From assembly GCF_006345805.1 (NCBI RefSeq), contig NW_021835903.1, positions 1 to 37,532 on the forward strand: 37,532 nucleotides of DNA. The letters are read 5' to 3'. The DNA is from Octopus sinensis. Its lineage: Eukaryota. This document shows, piece by piece, positions 10,592 through 22,519 of this stretch. A model generated the notes under the pieces. That model made no database searches and was not told the origin of the DNA. It was given only the letters and a program-made list of their open reading frames with translations. Positions within the stretch are counted from its first letter, which is position 1. Each line of letters begins with the position of its first letter. A program made the translations under genes and the position numbers.

Positions 10592-13450
10592 AAAGTCTTC
10601 TGGCAGGGTAACATGGATGGGGTAGGGGGTGTAGGCATTCTCCTTGCGGAGAAATGGGTGGATAAGGTCATAGAGGTTGTCAGGGTTTGGGACAGAGTGC
10701 TTAAGCTCAGGTTAGTCCTACAGAGTGGCACAGCTACGATTATCTCCGCCTATGCCCCACAAGCGGGCCTACCAAATGATCAGAAGGACCACTTTTATGA
10801 TACCCTTCTACAGGCTACCTCAAAAACTAGTGGCAAGGACCTCATCTTTGTGGGTGGAGACTTTAATGGGCATGTTGGGCGGGAATCGGGTATCTTCACT
10901 GGGGTTCACGGTGGCCATGGTATTGGCTCCAGAAATGAGGAGGGAACTAGACTACTGGAATTCTGTGATGCATGTAACCTTTTAATCTGCAACACTAACT
11001 TCAGGAAGCCTGACTGCCACCTTATAACCTATCAGTCAGGGGACTCCGCTAGCCAAATAGACTTCATCCTCACCAGACAGCGGGATGCAGGGTCGCTCTT
11101 AAATACAAAGACCCTCCCGGGTGAAGAGTGTATCCCTCAGCATAGGCTAATAATTAGTGACTTTAGGCTTGAGGCCAGAAGGACTCCAAGAAACAGACCA
11201 ATCCAGAAAAGAAGGATTTGGAAGCTAAAGAACCCTTCACATGGTCAGAGATTTAGGGACATCCTCATCAAGAAATTTGATGAGAGGGAGGAGGAGCTAC
11301 AGACGTCGGACATAGAAGGTAGCTGGAAATTCCTACGGGACAGCTTGCTGAGTGCCACAGACCAAGTCTGTGGATGGTGCAAAGTTCCTTCCAGACCTAG
11401 AGTTACGTGGTGGTGGAATAGTGCAGTAGACAAAGCCATTAGTTCTAAGAAACAGGCCTGGAGAGCCTGGAGGGATGGGGGTAGCAGGGAACCGTACCAA
11501 GTAGCCAAAAGGGAGGCCGGGCGGCAGGTATACATAGCCAAAGATATAGCAGAAAAGAAGAAGTTTGCCAATGTCCAGCGACGTGAGGACCAAAGAACTG
11601 AGGTATTTCGTATTGCTAGACAGTGTGTGAGAGAAAATAGTGATGTTACAGGAGAGAAATGTGTCCGCATGGATGATGGGGCACTTGCCTTTAATGTTGG
11701 TGAAAAGAAAGAGGCTTGGAGAAGCCATTATGAAAGACTGTTGAATGTGGAGAATGAATGAGAGGAGGAGAGCCTGCCAAATGTTGACCCAGTAGAGGGA
11801 CCAGCTATCCGAATAGACGGCTCCCTAGTAGATAAAGCAATTAAGGATATGAAACTGGGTAAAGCCCCCGGCCCATCATGAATCACTGCTGAGATGCTTA
11901 AAACAGCTGGTTATGTGGGCTATGGCCTAGTCACCCGCATTGTTAACCAGGTAGTTCACAATGGAGTCATACCCAATGACTGGCGTAGCAGCACCATAGT
12001 CAACTGCTACAAGGGTAAGGGTGATGCTCTAGATAGAAATAACTACAGGGGTATTAAACTGTTGGATCAGGTGATGAAGACCACAGAGAGGGTCATAACC
12101 CATCTCATTAGGGAGAGAATTTGCTTAGATGAGATGCAGTTCGGTTTTGTGCCAGGTAGAAGCACCACTGATGCTATATTCCTGGTCTGACAACTGCAGG
12201 AGAAGTACCTAGCTAAAGATAAACCCCTCTACATAGCTTTTGTGGACTTGGAGAAAGCCTTTGACAGGGTTCCCCGATCCCTTATCTGGTGGTCGATGCG
12301 GAAACTGTTGATTGACGAATGGCTAATAAGGGCTGTACAGGCTATATACAGAGAGGCTGTCAGCAAGGTTAGGATTGGCAACGAATATAGTGAAGAATTC
12401 CGGGTAGAAGTAGGTGTACATCAGGGCTCAGCCCTCAGTCCCCTTTTATTCATCATAGTCCTCCAGGCAATAACAAAGGAATTCAAAACAGGTTGCCCCT
12501 GGGAGCTCCCCTATGCTGATGACCTGGCCCTCATAGCAGAATCACTACCGGAACTAAAAAAGACATTTCGGATGTGGAAACAAGGGTTAGAATCTAAGGG
12601 CCTTAGAGTAAATGTAGCGAAGACCAAAGTTATAGTATGCAGAAAGGCGAACTCAGCACACCCCCCATCGGGCAGGTGGCCCTGCTCGAGCTGTAGGAAA
12701 GGTGTAGGTAGAAACTCCATAAGATGCACCCAGTGTAAGCTATGGACGCATAAGAGGTGCAGCAACATCAAAGGGAAATTAACTGATAAGATAGCTTTCA
12801 TGTGCGGCAGATGCACAGGGACAATAGACACCACAGACACTCAAAAAACAGATTCCATCACACTCCAGGGGGATAAACTAGAAGTAGTTGATAGTTTCCG
12901 CTACCTGGGTGACCAAGTTAGTAGTGGGGGTGGATGCTCAGAGAGTGTCACCACTAGAATACGAATAGCCTGGGCAAAGTTTAGAAAGCTCCTACCCCTA
13001 CTGGCGACAAAGGGTCTCCTACTCAGAGTGAAAGGTAGATTGTATGATGCATGTGTGCGAACTGCCATGCTTCACGGCAGTGAAACATGGGCCGTGACTG
13101 CAGAGGACATGCGTAGACTTGAAAGAAATGAAGCTAGCATGATCCGCTGGATGTGTAATGTCAGTGTGAATGCACGACAGAGTGTAAGCACCCTGAGAGA
13201 AATGCTAGGCATAAGAAGCATCAGATGCGGTGTGCAAGAGCGACGCTTGCGATGGTATGGTCATGTACTGCGGATGGATGAGGAGAGATGTGTGAAGAAG
13301 TGCCACTCCCGAACAGTTGAAGGAATCAGGGGGAGAGGTAGACCCAGGAAGACATGGGATAGTCAAGCATGACCTCAGAGCGTTGGGCCTCACTGAGGCA
13401 ATGGCCAAGGACCGAGACCTCTGGAGATGTGCTGTGACTACTAAGACCCG
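10592..13450 (+). pseudogene. Disabled RTE endonuclease/reverse transcriptase ORF (joins track ORFs 10613, 11894, 12242 and 13317)
   Basis: The three ORFs share one frame and are split by in-frame TGA at 11759, 11879 and 12188 (expected W, G, R by family context). One frameshift near 13358 (KTWD / IVKHDLRALGLTEAMAKDRDLWR). Confidence 0.9.
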
Positions 13451-13499
13451 GGATGCTCCTGGCACCAGTTCCGCATACCCCCTGCCCATCCAAAGTACC

Positions 13500-13995
13500 T
13501 TGGATCCTGGAACATCTCGCTGTGCTTGAGGAGACCTGTCGAGTCAAGTGCATATACATGAACATCGAATCAAATATCAATGGAAACAGTAGTTGTGATA
13601 CCTGTGCCGGTGACACATAAAAAGCACCATCCGAACGTGGCCGTTGCCAGTGCAGCCTCCACTGCCTTCTGTGCCGGTGACACATAAAAAGCACCATCCG
13701 AACGAGACCGATGCCAACCCCGCCACGAATGGCTTCTGTGCCGGTGGCACATAAAAAGCAACATCCAAACGTGGCCGATGCCAGCACCGCCCCGACTGGC
13801 TTCTGTGTCGGTGGCACATAAAAAGCACCAACCGATTGTGGGATCCCGGAACATCTCGATGTGCTTGAGGAGACCTGTTGAGTCAAGTGCATGTACATGA
13901 ACATCGAACCAAATATCAATGGAAACAGTAGTAGTTGTGATACCTGTGCCGGTGACACATAAAAAGCACCATCCGAATGTGGCCGTTGCCAGTGC
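13500..13995 (+). repeat. Internal ~345-bp-period duplication in the RTE 3' UTR
   Basis: ggaacatctcg.tgtgcttgaggagacctgt.gagtcaagtgca...ttgtgatacctgtgccggtgacacataaaaagcacc occurs at ~13509 and ~13848. Confidence 0.85.
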
Positions 13996-14374
13996 AGCCT
14001 CCTCTGGCTTCTGTGCTGGTAGCACAAAAAAAAAAAAAAAAAAAGCACCAACTGATCGTGGCCGATGCCAGACCCCTCTGGCACCTGTGCAGGTGGCACG
14101 TAAAAAGCACCCACTACACTCGCGGAGTGGCTGGCGTTAGGAAGGGCATCCAGCTGTAGAAACACTGCCAGATCAGACTGGAGCCTGGGGCAGCCTCTGG
14201 CTCCCCAGACCCCGGTCGAACCGTCCAAACCGTGCTAGCGCGGAAAACGGACGTTAAACGATGATGATGATGATACACAACATATATATATATATATTAT
14301 GAGAGACAACGTAAAGGGGGAGTGGTAATGTGGGAAGTGACAAGAATTAGAAGCAGTGGGGCAAGGGCACAAGA

Positions 14375-14720
14375 GTGGCTGTGTGGTAAGAAGCATGCTT
14401 GCTAACCACATGGCTCTGGGTTCAGTCCCATTGCATGGCACATTGGTCAAATCAAAACCTTGTGAGTGGATCTGTTAGACGGAAACTGAAAGAAGCCCAT
14501 CAGATATATTTATGTGTCTCTGCTTCTCCCACCAACAGAGCTTGGCAACCAATATTGGTATGTTTACATCCCTGTAACTTAGCAATTTGGCTAAAGAGAC
14601 CAATAGAATAAGTATTGGTCTTAGAAAGAATAAGTCCTGAGGTTGATTTGTTTGACTAAAGGCAGTGCTCCAGCATGGCCACACTCAAATAACTGAAGCA
14701 GGTACAAGAATAAAAGAATA
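14375..14720 (+). mobile_element. tRNA-derived SINE family A, near full length
   Basis: tggctgtgtggtaagaag (A box), ggttcagtccca (B box), body and gtgctccagcatggccac...aataaaagaata tail. Confidence 0.8.
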
Positions 14721-14749
14721 TATATATATACACATGGCCTTACTTGTGC

Positions 14750-15062
14750 CTGGGCTAGTAGGGTGCTAAGAGCACCATCCAAGCGTGATCGTTGACAGAG
14801 TGGTTAACTGGCTTCCGTGTCAGTGGCACGTAAAAGACAGCATTTGAGTGAGGTCGTTGCCAGTACCGCCTGACTGGCATGTAAAATGCACCCACTACAC
14901 TCTCGGAGTGGTTGGCATTAGGAAGGGCATCCAGCTGTAGAAACTCTGCCAGATCAAGATTGGAGCCTGGTGCAGCCATCTGGTTTGCCAGCCCACAGTC
15001 AAAATCGTCCAACCCATGCTAGCATGGAAGGTAGACGTTAAACGATGATGATGATGATGATA
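14750..15062 (+). mobile_element. RTE 3'-tail derived element
   Basis: gcacccactacactctcggagtggttggcattaggaagggcatccagctgtagaaac...ccatgctagcatgg...gacgttaaacgatgatgatg. Confidence 0.85.
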
Positions 15063-15098
15063 CACAATATATATATATTATATATATACATATGTATA

Positions 15099-15131
<33 letters not shown>

Positions 15132-15141
15132 TTATATATAC

Positions 15142-15182
<41 letters not shown>

Positions 15183-15187
15183 TAAAG

Positions 15188-15505
15188 ACTCCGCCGGTTA
15201 CGACGACGAGGGTCCCAGCTGATACGATCAATGGAACAGCTTGCTCGTGAAATTAACGTGCAAATGGCTGAGCATTCCACAGACACGTGTACCCTTAACG
15301 TAGTTCTCGGGGATAATCAGCGTGACACAGAGAGTGACAAGGCTGACCCTTTGAAATACAAGTACAACCATTTTTGCCAGCTGAGTGGACTGGAGAAACG
15401 TGAAATAAAGTGTCTTGCTCAAGGACACAACGCGTCGCCGGGAATCGAACTCACAACCTTACGATCATGAGCCGAAATGCCCTAACCACTAAGCCGCGCC
15501 CTCAC
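15188..15505 (-). mobile_element. tRNA-derived SINE family B
   Basis: Minus strand head: ggcttagtggttaggg (A box) ... gagttcgattcccgg (B box), then gtgtccttgagcaagacacttta core. Confidence 0.85.
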
Positions 15506-15709
15506 TATATATATATATATATATACATATACACACATAATATATATGTTTATGTAAAAGAGGGAAATGAAATGTTGAAGTGATATTTAAAAGGAGACAG
15601 TGATGAGAGAGAGAGAGAGATGAAAGTAAAAGGGGACATATGAAGGATATAAATAGAAAAGTATGGTTGTTGTTGTTATTGTTTCTTATGATGATGATGA
15701 TGATGATGT

Positions 15710-16400
15710 AGGTGGTGAGCTGGCAGAACATTAGCATGCTGGGCAAAATGCTTGGCAGCATTTTGGTTGTCTTTACGTTCTGAGTTCAAATGTTACTGAT
15801 GTCAACTTCCATTCTTTCAGGGTCGATAAAATAAGTACCTTTCGAGTTCTGGGGTCGCTGTAATCAACTTACCTGCTCCCCTGAACTGCTGGCCTTGTGC
15901 TAAATTTTGAACCATTCTTTTATTATTAATATTATGATGACTCGTTTGCCGCTACATTCTGAGTTCAAATTCCACCAAGGTCGACTTTGCCTTTCTTCCT
16001 TTTGGGGTCAATTCAATAAGTACCAGTTACACACTGGAGTTGTGCAACTGGTACTTATTCCACCAAATTCCACAAGGTCGACTTTGCCTCTCATCCTTTT
16101 CTGATTGATAAAAGAAACCAGTTAGGGGCTGGGTCTGATGTAATCAACTAGTCCCCTCACCCGAAATTTCAGGCCTTCTTCATATAGTAAGAAAGGATTA
16201 TTATTATTATTATTATTACTGTGACAAGCCGGCAGAATTATGTGAATGCAAAGCAGAATTTTGACCGTCTTTACATTCTGAGTTCAAATTCCACCAAGGT
16301 TGACTTCGCCTTTCATCCTTTTGGGATTGATAAATTAAGTTCTAGCTGAGTACTGGCGCCCCTTTCCTTGAAATTGCTGGCCTTGTGCAAAAATTTAAAA
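15710..16400 (+). mobile_element. Cluster of SINE family C copies and fragments
   Basis: Repeated ggtgagctggcagaa...ttacattctgagttcaaattccaccaaggtcgactttgcctttc...ataagtacc units separated by (TTA)n tails. Confidence 0.8.
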
Positions 16401-16409
16401 TCAGTTTTA

Positions 16410-16654
16410 TTATAATAGAAATATCGTAAAATAGGGATTTTCATAGAAAAAAAGCACCTTTTTGATGTAAATAACTTTTGGTGTTAACATGGTCCAATTT
16501 GAATTTCTTCTCTTCTACGGAAGGAAGAGCAAACCTTCTTCTATTATACTCTCAATTTTAGTCAACTTGCGCCGCAGGGTCTCGGAGGAGACAGTGTTAG
16601 TTGAAGGCTAACAAACCTGCCATACACAGACAACTTCAACTTTATATAGAGAGA
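16410..16654 (-). mobile_element. Helitron-like fragment (5' end only)
   Basis: Minus strand A|TCtctctatataaagttgaagttgtctgtgtatgg resembles the other Helitron 5' ends. No CTAG end found. Confidence 0.4.
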
Positions 16655-17029
16655 TAATTAGGGTTCAGCTAACTGCTTCACCATATCCCGAAATTAGAAA
16701 TGGGAGTTAAAATTCCTTTTAACTACTAAGAATCTCCATGATGGTAAACATACTTTTTTTCGAAGGCAAAGAGAAAGACAATGAATCAACATGACCAGAA
16801 TTAATTATATTCGTGTTTCGAGATTAAAGTAATTTGAATTTTACTCACTTCTCTCTTCATATAATATTTCCATTTTTATACAGTTTCAAAGTGCTATGAC
16901 TGAATATGTACACAATCGAGCCTAATTATAATTAAATGGATAATTTTACCTATAAAGGTAATTTTAACTTACCGATCTACTTGGTAAAATTGTTAATTAA
17001 TTGATTAATTAATTAATTAAATTACTGTG

Positions 17030-17390
17030 CTAACGGGGTGCAAAGATCACCATACGAGTGGTCGCTGACAGAGCGGCCAACCGGCTTCTTTGCCAGTGGC
17101 ACATAAAAGGCACCATTCAAGTGTGATCGTTACCAGCGTCGGCTTACTGGCACTCAAGCCCTGTGCTAGTAGGGTGTTAAGGGCACCATCCGAGCATGAT
17201 CGTTGCCAGAGCGGCTATCTGGCCTCCATGCCAATGGCATGTAAAACACACCATTCGAGTGTGATCGTTACAGCATTGCCTTACTGGCACCTATACCGTG
17301 GCATGTGTAAAAGATTCGAGCGAGGTCATTGCCAGTACTGCCCTGACTGTCCCGTGCCAGTGGCATGTAAAAGCACCCACTACAGTTGGT
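17030..17390 (+). mobile_element. RTE-UTR-like module array (gtggcacataaaaggcaccattcaagtgtgatcgtt), joined to a SINE C tail
   Basis: 4-5 diverged ~60-70 bp modules similar to 13600-14110 and 14770-14900. Confidence 0.7.
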
Positions 17391-17504
17391 GCTGGGGTTG
17401 ATGTAATCGACTAGACCCCACACCCAAAATTTCAGGCCTTGTGCCTATAGTAGAAAGGATTATTATTATTATTACTATCTTCAAAATATCACCAAAAAAA
17501 GATG

Positions 17505-17740
17505 GGGGCATGGCTGTATGGTTAAGAAATTCACTTCACAACCTTGTGGTCTCAGGTTCAGTCCCACTTTGCAGCACCTTAAAGAATTAACTTCTTCTAA
17601 TGTTCCAGGTTGACTCAAGCCTTGTGAGTGGGTTTCGTACATGGAACTGATAAATCCTATGGTATATATATGTGGGTGTGTATATTCATGTGTGCGTATC
17701 TACATTTGTACTTGTATGTGTGTGTGCGTGTGTGCATGTG

Positions 17741-17771
<31 letters not shown>

Positions 17772-17990
17772 TTGTGTGTGTGCGTATGTCTGCTCATGTC
17801 TCCTTGTCTTGACATCTGCTGCAAATTATAAACAAATGTCACGTCACACAAACAGAGTCGTTTGTTTGCAGTGTTCCACCAGAAAACATATCCAACCATT
17901 GTGCTGTTCATGTTGGAAGAACTTGGGAAAATATTCTCTTGCTTGAAGCCAGGTGAGGATTGGTGACCCTCATCGAGTGTAGTCATAGAC
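17505..17990 (+). mobile_element. SINE family A variant with (GT)n insert
   Basis: ggctgtatggttaagaa, ggttcagtccca, gcaccttaaag, aagccttgtgagtgg. Confidence 0.65.
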
Positions 17991-18721
17991 TTGACTGAGT
18001 GGGACTCACAAGAACCTGGCAAGAAACAAAACAAAATTATGAGAAAGAAAATACAGAAAAGAAAATACATCATCTGATGCATTATAAAGGTTTTGACATC
18101 CATTTTCCCTAACTGGCATGGGGAGGACAGTTGACGAGGAAGCAGTGAACCAGAGGACATTGCTGAGCTGCAATGAAAGATTTGGCAAGATTTCTACAGC
18201 TGGATGATCTTCTTAACACCAGATGCACACATACACGTGTGTGTGTGTGTGTTTATGCATGCATAAGAGTATATGAATGAATAAACATGGGTTTACTTAT
18301 GTTTGATTGCACATCTGACTTTGTATGCTAGCATGGGTTAGGTGAATATATTATTGTAGCCTTGTTTTACAGACAGACAGCCTTTCTATTGCTCACCCAA
18401 AACCATTTTGCAAGAACAAAAGTTCTTATTTCCCATGTCTTCCAAGGTGGGGGTGATTGGTTGACAGATGTTTCTGCCTGGAGCAATTTAAAAGAGATTG
18501 CAAACATAAACAAATGCACAGACACCTACGCGCACACACACTCAGCTCGAGTTCACTGCTTCCTGTAGCAGAAACAGCTGGAAGCTAATGAAGGTGTCTA
18601 CGTAACTCTTGTTCTTTTGTCGTTCATTGATTCATAGCTATAAACATACATAGACACAGATATTTGTACATGAGTGTGTGAAGGTATATATATGTATATA
18701 TATACATATATATATATATAT

Positions 18722-19060
18722 ATCATCATCATCATTTACCATCCGCTTTCCACGCTAGCATGGGTTGGACGGTTCAAATGGGGTGTGGGAGGCCTGAAGG
18801 CTGCACCAGGCCCAGTCTGATCTGGCAAAGTTTCTACAGCTGGATGTCCTTCGTAACACCAACCACTCCGTGAGTGTAGTGGGTGCTTTTTATGTGCCAC
18901 CGGCACGGGGGCCAGGCGATGCTGGCAATGGCCATGATCGGATGGTGCTTTTTATGTGCTACCAGCACGAAGGCCAGTCGGGCGGCGCTGGCAACGGTCA
19001 CGTTCAGATGGTTCTTTTACATACCACCGGCACTGGTATCACAACTACAATTCCATTGAT
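18722..19060 (-). mobile_element. RTE 3'-tail derived element
   Basis: Begins (TCA)n on the + strand (the minus-strand (GAT)n tail), and is the reverse complement of the RTE 3' UTR, including gtatcacaactac. Confidence 0.85.
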
Positions 19061-19549
19061 GTTGATCGACTTGGATTTTGATTTTGATATATATTATAAA
19101 TATTTAGCAGAAGTAACAAAGTGACCCAAGATCCAAAAGTTTCGTTTAATAGCATTTATCAAACTGGTTCTTTGGAGGTATATTCCCAGACCTCCAAAAT
19201 CCAGTTTGATGAATGTCAACTCTCGGACCTTGAGTCCCTACTGTCACGCCCTATCACCCCTACCTCTATCTTTCATCTCTCAATCACTCTCTCTTCTTCT
19301 TTTACTCTATCTACTATCTTACTGCTGTGACAAAGATTGGCAGTAATCTCTTCTCTCACCATTCTTCCAATGAACTAGGGATGTTACTGCCTACCTGAGT
19401 CTCTCCCCAACACTCAGCCACTCTTTTTCAATATTTATTACCCTAGATCTCTCACACATCCCAAGGTATATGCAACCCAGAGATTGAGGGGAACCTTTAG
19501 TTTTGTCAAGGACATGGCGATCGCCTCTAGTGATGGTGCCATAAGATGC

Positions 19550-19690
19550 ACCCAGTGCACATTGGCAGTGGTTGGTGTCAGGAAGAGCATCCAGCTGTGA
19601 AAGATAACCAGAAAATGTAACTTCAGGCAAGATATTCTTTGAACATCCAACCCATTCCAGCATGAAAATGGGGGTAAAATGATGATCATC
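19550..19690 (+). mobile_element. Short diverged LINE/SINE tail
   Basis: gtggttggtgtcaggaagagcatccagctgtgaaa...ccattccagcatgaaaatgggggtaaaatgatgatc. Confidence 0.55.
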
Positions 19691-20608
19691 ATACATACAT
19701 ACAGACATATGGATGTATAATATAATCATATGTGCATCCTTGTGTATATATTATACACATTCATTCTATCATATATACATTATATGTATGTGTATCCTGA
19801 AGAAGGTCTCTTTTATTTTTCATTCCTCCTGGGGTCAATAGAGTAACAGTCATTATTTCATAGACCAAGGAGGCGGTGGAGGATCATTCTGATGAGGATG
19901 GGTCACCAGAATGTCATTAAACACCCCACCAATATTTCCTAATCCACCTCATTAAACCCCCAATACTTCATAATAAACTACACCAAGTTATAACTCCTCA
20001 CCTAACACAAACAAAACACACTTCACCTGCCAAACCCCTTTTTCATACAAACACATCTTTCTCATTGCTACCCAAAACATTGTCCCTTATATTAAAGATA
20101 ATTAAGTGACCTACTTTCATTAATTGGGCTTATTCATTAACCAATCTTTATATCTCAATCAGCAAATATAACGATCCTCTCAATATGCTGTCTATCAGTG
20201 TGATTATATGAAAGCCCATCTTTGGATAAGCTTTCCGAGTTAATCAATGTTGTGTATGATAATTGTGTGGATTATATTGAAATGTCGAGAGATTTACAGC
20301 ATTTGTCAGGTTAAGAACAGTTTCATCTCCAGCTTTATTGGTATCTGTGAATCCAGGTAAATATGATGGAAACCAAGCCAACCATGACTGTCACATCATT
20401 TCCAGTGCATATAATTATTAATAATACTTATATTCCTGATTTGTAGGGACGTGGTATTTCATTATGCAACCATAAATTCCTGTAAAATATATTAAATCGT
20501 TTTAGAAGTCAACACCACATTCTACTTTGTTAGCAGTGTTTTTCACATTATTCTATTGATATTCCATAGAAATTATAGTTGGCTCTGATTTTTTGCTAAA
20601 GCCTTTCC

Positions 20609-20713
20609 TATCGAGATGTCAGATGTAAACAAACAATGAGATACACAATGAGAACTAAAAACAGATGTTTTTCTCTTTGATCTCATTGTTTGTTTCCGTC
20701 TGACATTTCGATA
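20609..20713. repeat. 105-bp hairpin / MITE-like inverted repeat flanked by TA
   Basis: Arms tatcgagatgtcagatgtaaacaaacaatgagat (20609-20642) and atctcattgtttgtttccgtctgacatttcgata (20680-20713): 31/34 Watson-Crick pairs, 2 G.U pairs and 1 mismatch. Confidence 0.85.
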
Positions 20714-21173
20714 TGAAATGTTGTAGCAGGAAATCAGTCCTGGCTATAATTTCTACCGATAATATCTGTAGAAATAACCTCAACAAAATATTTATATTCC
20801 TTCTTACTACAAAACTTTTCACCATCACTTATATTCAGTCAATAAAGATAATGGTGTATTTATATCTTCAAGTTTTATTTCTAATGATTATTCCATTGGA
20901 AACAGTTTAAATGTTTAACTTCACTGTCAAATAAACAATTTGTTTAATATATTTAATGAAATGTGTGTTTTCCTTGAAATTCTTTGAATGAATCAAGTAA
21001 ATATTATTTTATCAAAAGCTTTTCACAAAACTAATAAAGCTTTCATTTTATTTCAGCTTTCACGTAAAAATTAGTGAATTTTGAAGAGATAAATTGTATT
21101 CGAAAGGAAGAAAACAAAATCCACAGAAAAGAATATATTTAACAGAAAAAGATAATAATTCTATATTCATAAA

Positions 21174-21683
21174 ATGGAGAAGATTAATGAAGAAAACAAA
21201 ATGTTGGCTCTCATTCCTGCCACAGTCTGTGATACAACAGCAATTTATAAGGAAACTACACCAATTCTTACCCAAATATTACACACACAAAACACAAAGA
21301 AAACAGAAGAACAGGAAAGAAAAGACACAAAGAAATCTAAAGAACAGGAAAAGTCCATGTTACCAAGTTTTCTTCATATTGTGACATGTTACCGAACACT
21401 AATCAAAACAGACCACATCAATACGTTTATAGATTATGTAAAGGATAAATGTAATCACATGGACTCTCTGGGTTTAAATGGATCTCGAATTTTACGTAAT
21501 ATCAAACGTAAAATGCCAAGATTTCTGGAATTTGCAAAACAAAATAATGATTTTGTTCACCTAAACCTTGATTGGTTTCAACAAAGACTCTTTGACATTT
21601 ATGTCACCTGTAACCCATACAACCACAAGACCATTGAACCACCAAAAGTAACCACAAATTTCGTCCTCTTCGGCCAGTTGTGA
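21174..21683 (+). CDS. Helical / coiled-coil-like N-terminal segment of the propeller locus (169 aa)
   Basis: K/E-rich helical sequence. Adding one A at 21644-21647 continues into the next ORF (PK-SNHKFRPLRPVVTREVEI). Confidence 0.6.
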   Translation: MEKINEENKMLALIPATVCDTTAIYKETTPILTQILHTQNTKKTEEQERKDTKKSKEQEKSMLPSFLHIVTCYRTLIKTDHINTFIDYVKDKCNHMDSLGLNGSRILRNIKRKMPRFLEFAKQNNDFVHLNLDWFQQRLFDIYVTCNPYNHKTIEPPKVTTNFVLFGQL

Positions 21684-22519
21684 CCAGAGAAGTAGAGATT
21701 GAGGAATCTGGTGAAGACTTAAGCAACCCAATATCCAATATTGTTGTCATACAAGGGGGTATTGTAACATATTCCCGCCACTTTATGACAATATGTTGTA
21801 TAACAAGAGACGGCAACAGAAACGATGTTCGTTGCTCATCTTCTGTCACTGATTTTACCAGAATCAGTGAAGACACAGTCCTCGCCACCCTGCCCTTCCG
21901 AAAAATGATTCTTATTATCAACCCTTTAAGTTTGAGAATCAAAAGAATTCAGCTAGGATTAATCTTGGTTTCTTATTTGGAACATTCTACGCTTATAGGT
22001 GTAGAAATGTTTGGTCGGACCATATACGTCATTGACTGGGAAGAGAATAGAATAAAATACGAATTCATAACGAAAGAAACCCCTTCAGATATTGCTGTAG
22101 GAGCACAAAATAAACTCTTAGTATCCTTTTCCAATATTAACAGGGTTACCTGTTACAATGTGGATGGTCAGCAGTTATTTGAGGTGGATACAAATTCCCT
22201 GGACATTCCAAGCCACATCTCTGTGTACCAAAACCATTTTTATGTCCTTCAGGGACATATTATTTATCGGATATCAGGTACAGGTGCTGTGACAACAAGA
22301 GAAATTGGCATGAAATGCCGCCATATTTCTGTTGGCAAAGAAAACATTTTTGTAACCGATTATTTTGATGTCCTTCATATCATTGGAACAAATGAAGACT
22401 TTTGGCCCAGGCAGTCACATAACCCCCAGCTATGGACCCCAACATTGAACAACTATATTTATATTGAGGATTGCAACAACATTACAATATTCTACCTATG
22501 TCTACATCTTCTATATTAA
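21680..22519 (+). CDS. NHL-like beta-propeller module 1 (279 aa)
   Basis: NHL-like blade PSDIAVGAQNKLLVSFSNINRVTCYNVDGQQLF, plus VTDFTRISEDTVLATLPFRKMILII. Confidence 0.75.
   Translation: MTREVEIEESGEDLSNPISNIVVIQGGIVTYSRHFMTICCITRDGNRNDVRCSSSVTDFTRISEDTVLATLPFRKMILIINPLSLRIKRIQLGLILVSYLEHSTLIGVEMFGRTIYVIDWEENRIKYEFITKETPSDIAVGAQNKLLVSFSNINRVTCYNVDGQQLFEVDTNSLDIPSHISVYQNHFYVLQGHIIYRISGTGAVTTREIGMKCRHISVGKENIFVTDYFDVLHIIGTNEDFWPRQSHNPQLWTPTLNNYIYIEDCNNITIFYLCLHLLY

Larger units (their letters stand above)
10592..14272 (+). mobile_element. RTE-clade LINE, 5'-truncated, with long modular 3' UTR and (GAT)n tail
   Basis: APE endonuclease motifs (GDFNGHVG, SQIDFILTR, QHRL), RT motifs (YRGIKLL, DLEKAFDRV, GVHQGSALSPLLF, YADDL, FRYLG), RTE-type C-terminus (RRLRWYGHVLRM, GRGRPRKTW), and tail ggacgttaaacgatgatgatgatgat. 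Confidence 0.95.

Noticed and set aside
11759-12190. Selenocysteine or programmed read-through at three TGA stops in the RTE ORF
   Set aside because: Each is one substitution from the residue expected in the family (TGG, GGA, CGA; the last is a CpG transition), and the element is also 5'-truncated and frameshifted.
13326-14228. 300-aa minus-strand ORF and overlapping ORFs
   Set aside because: These are antisense to the repetitive RTE 3' UTR; the peptide repeats only mirror the nucleotide modules.
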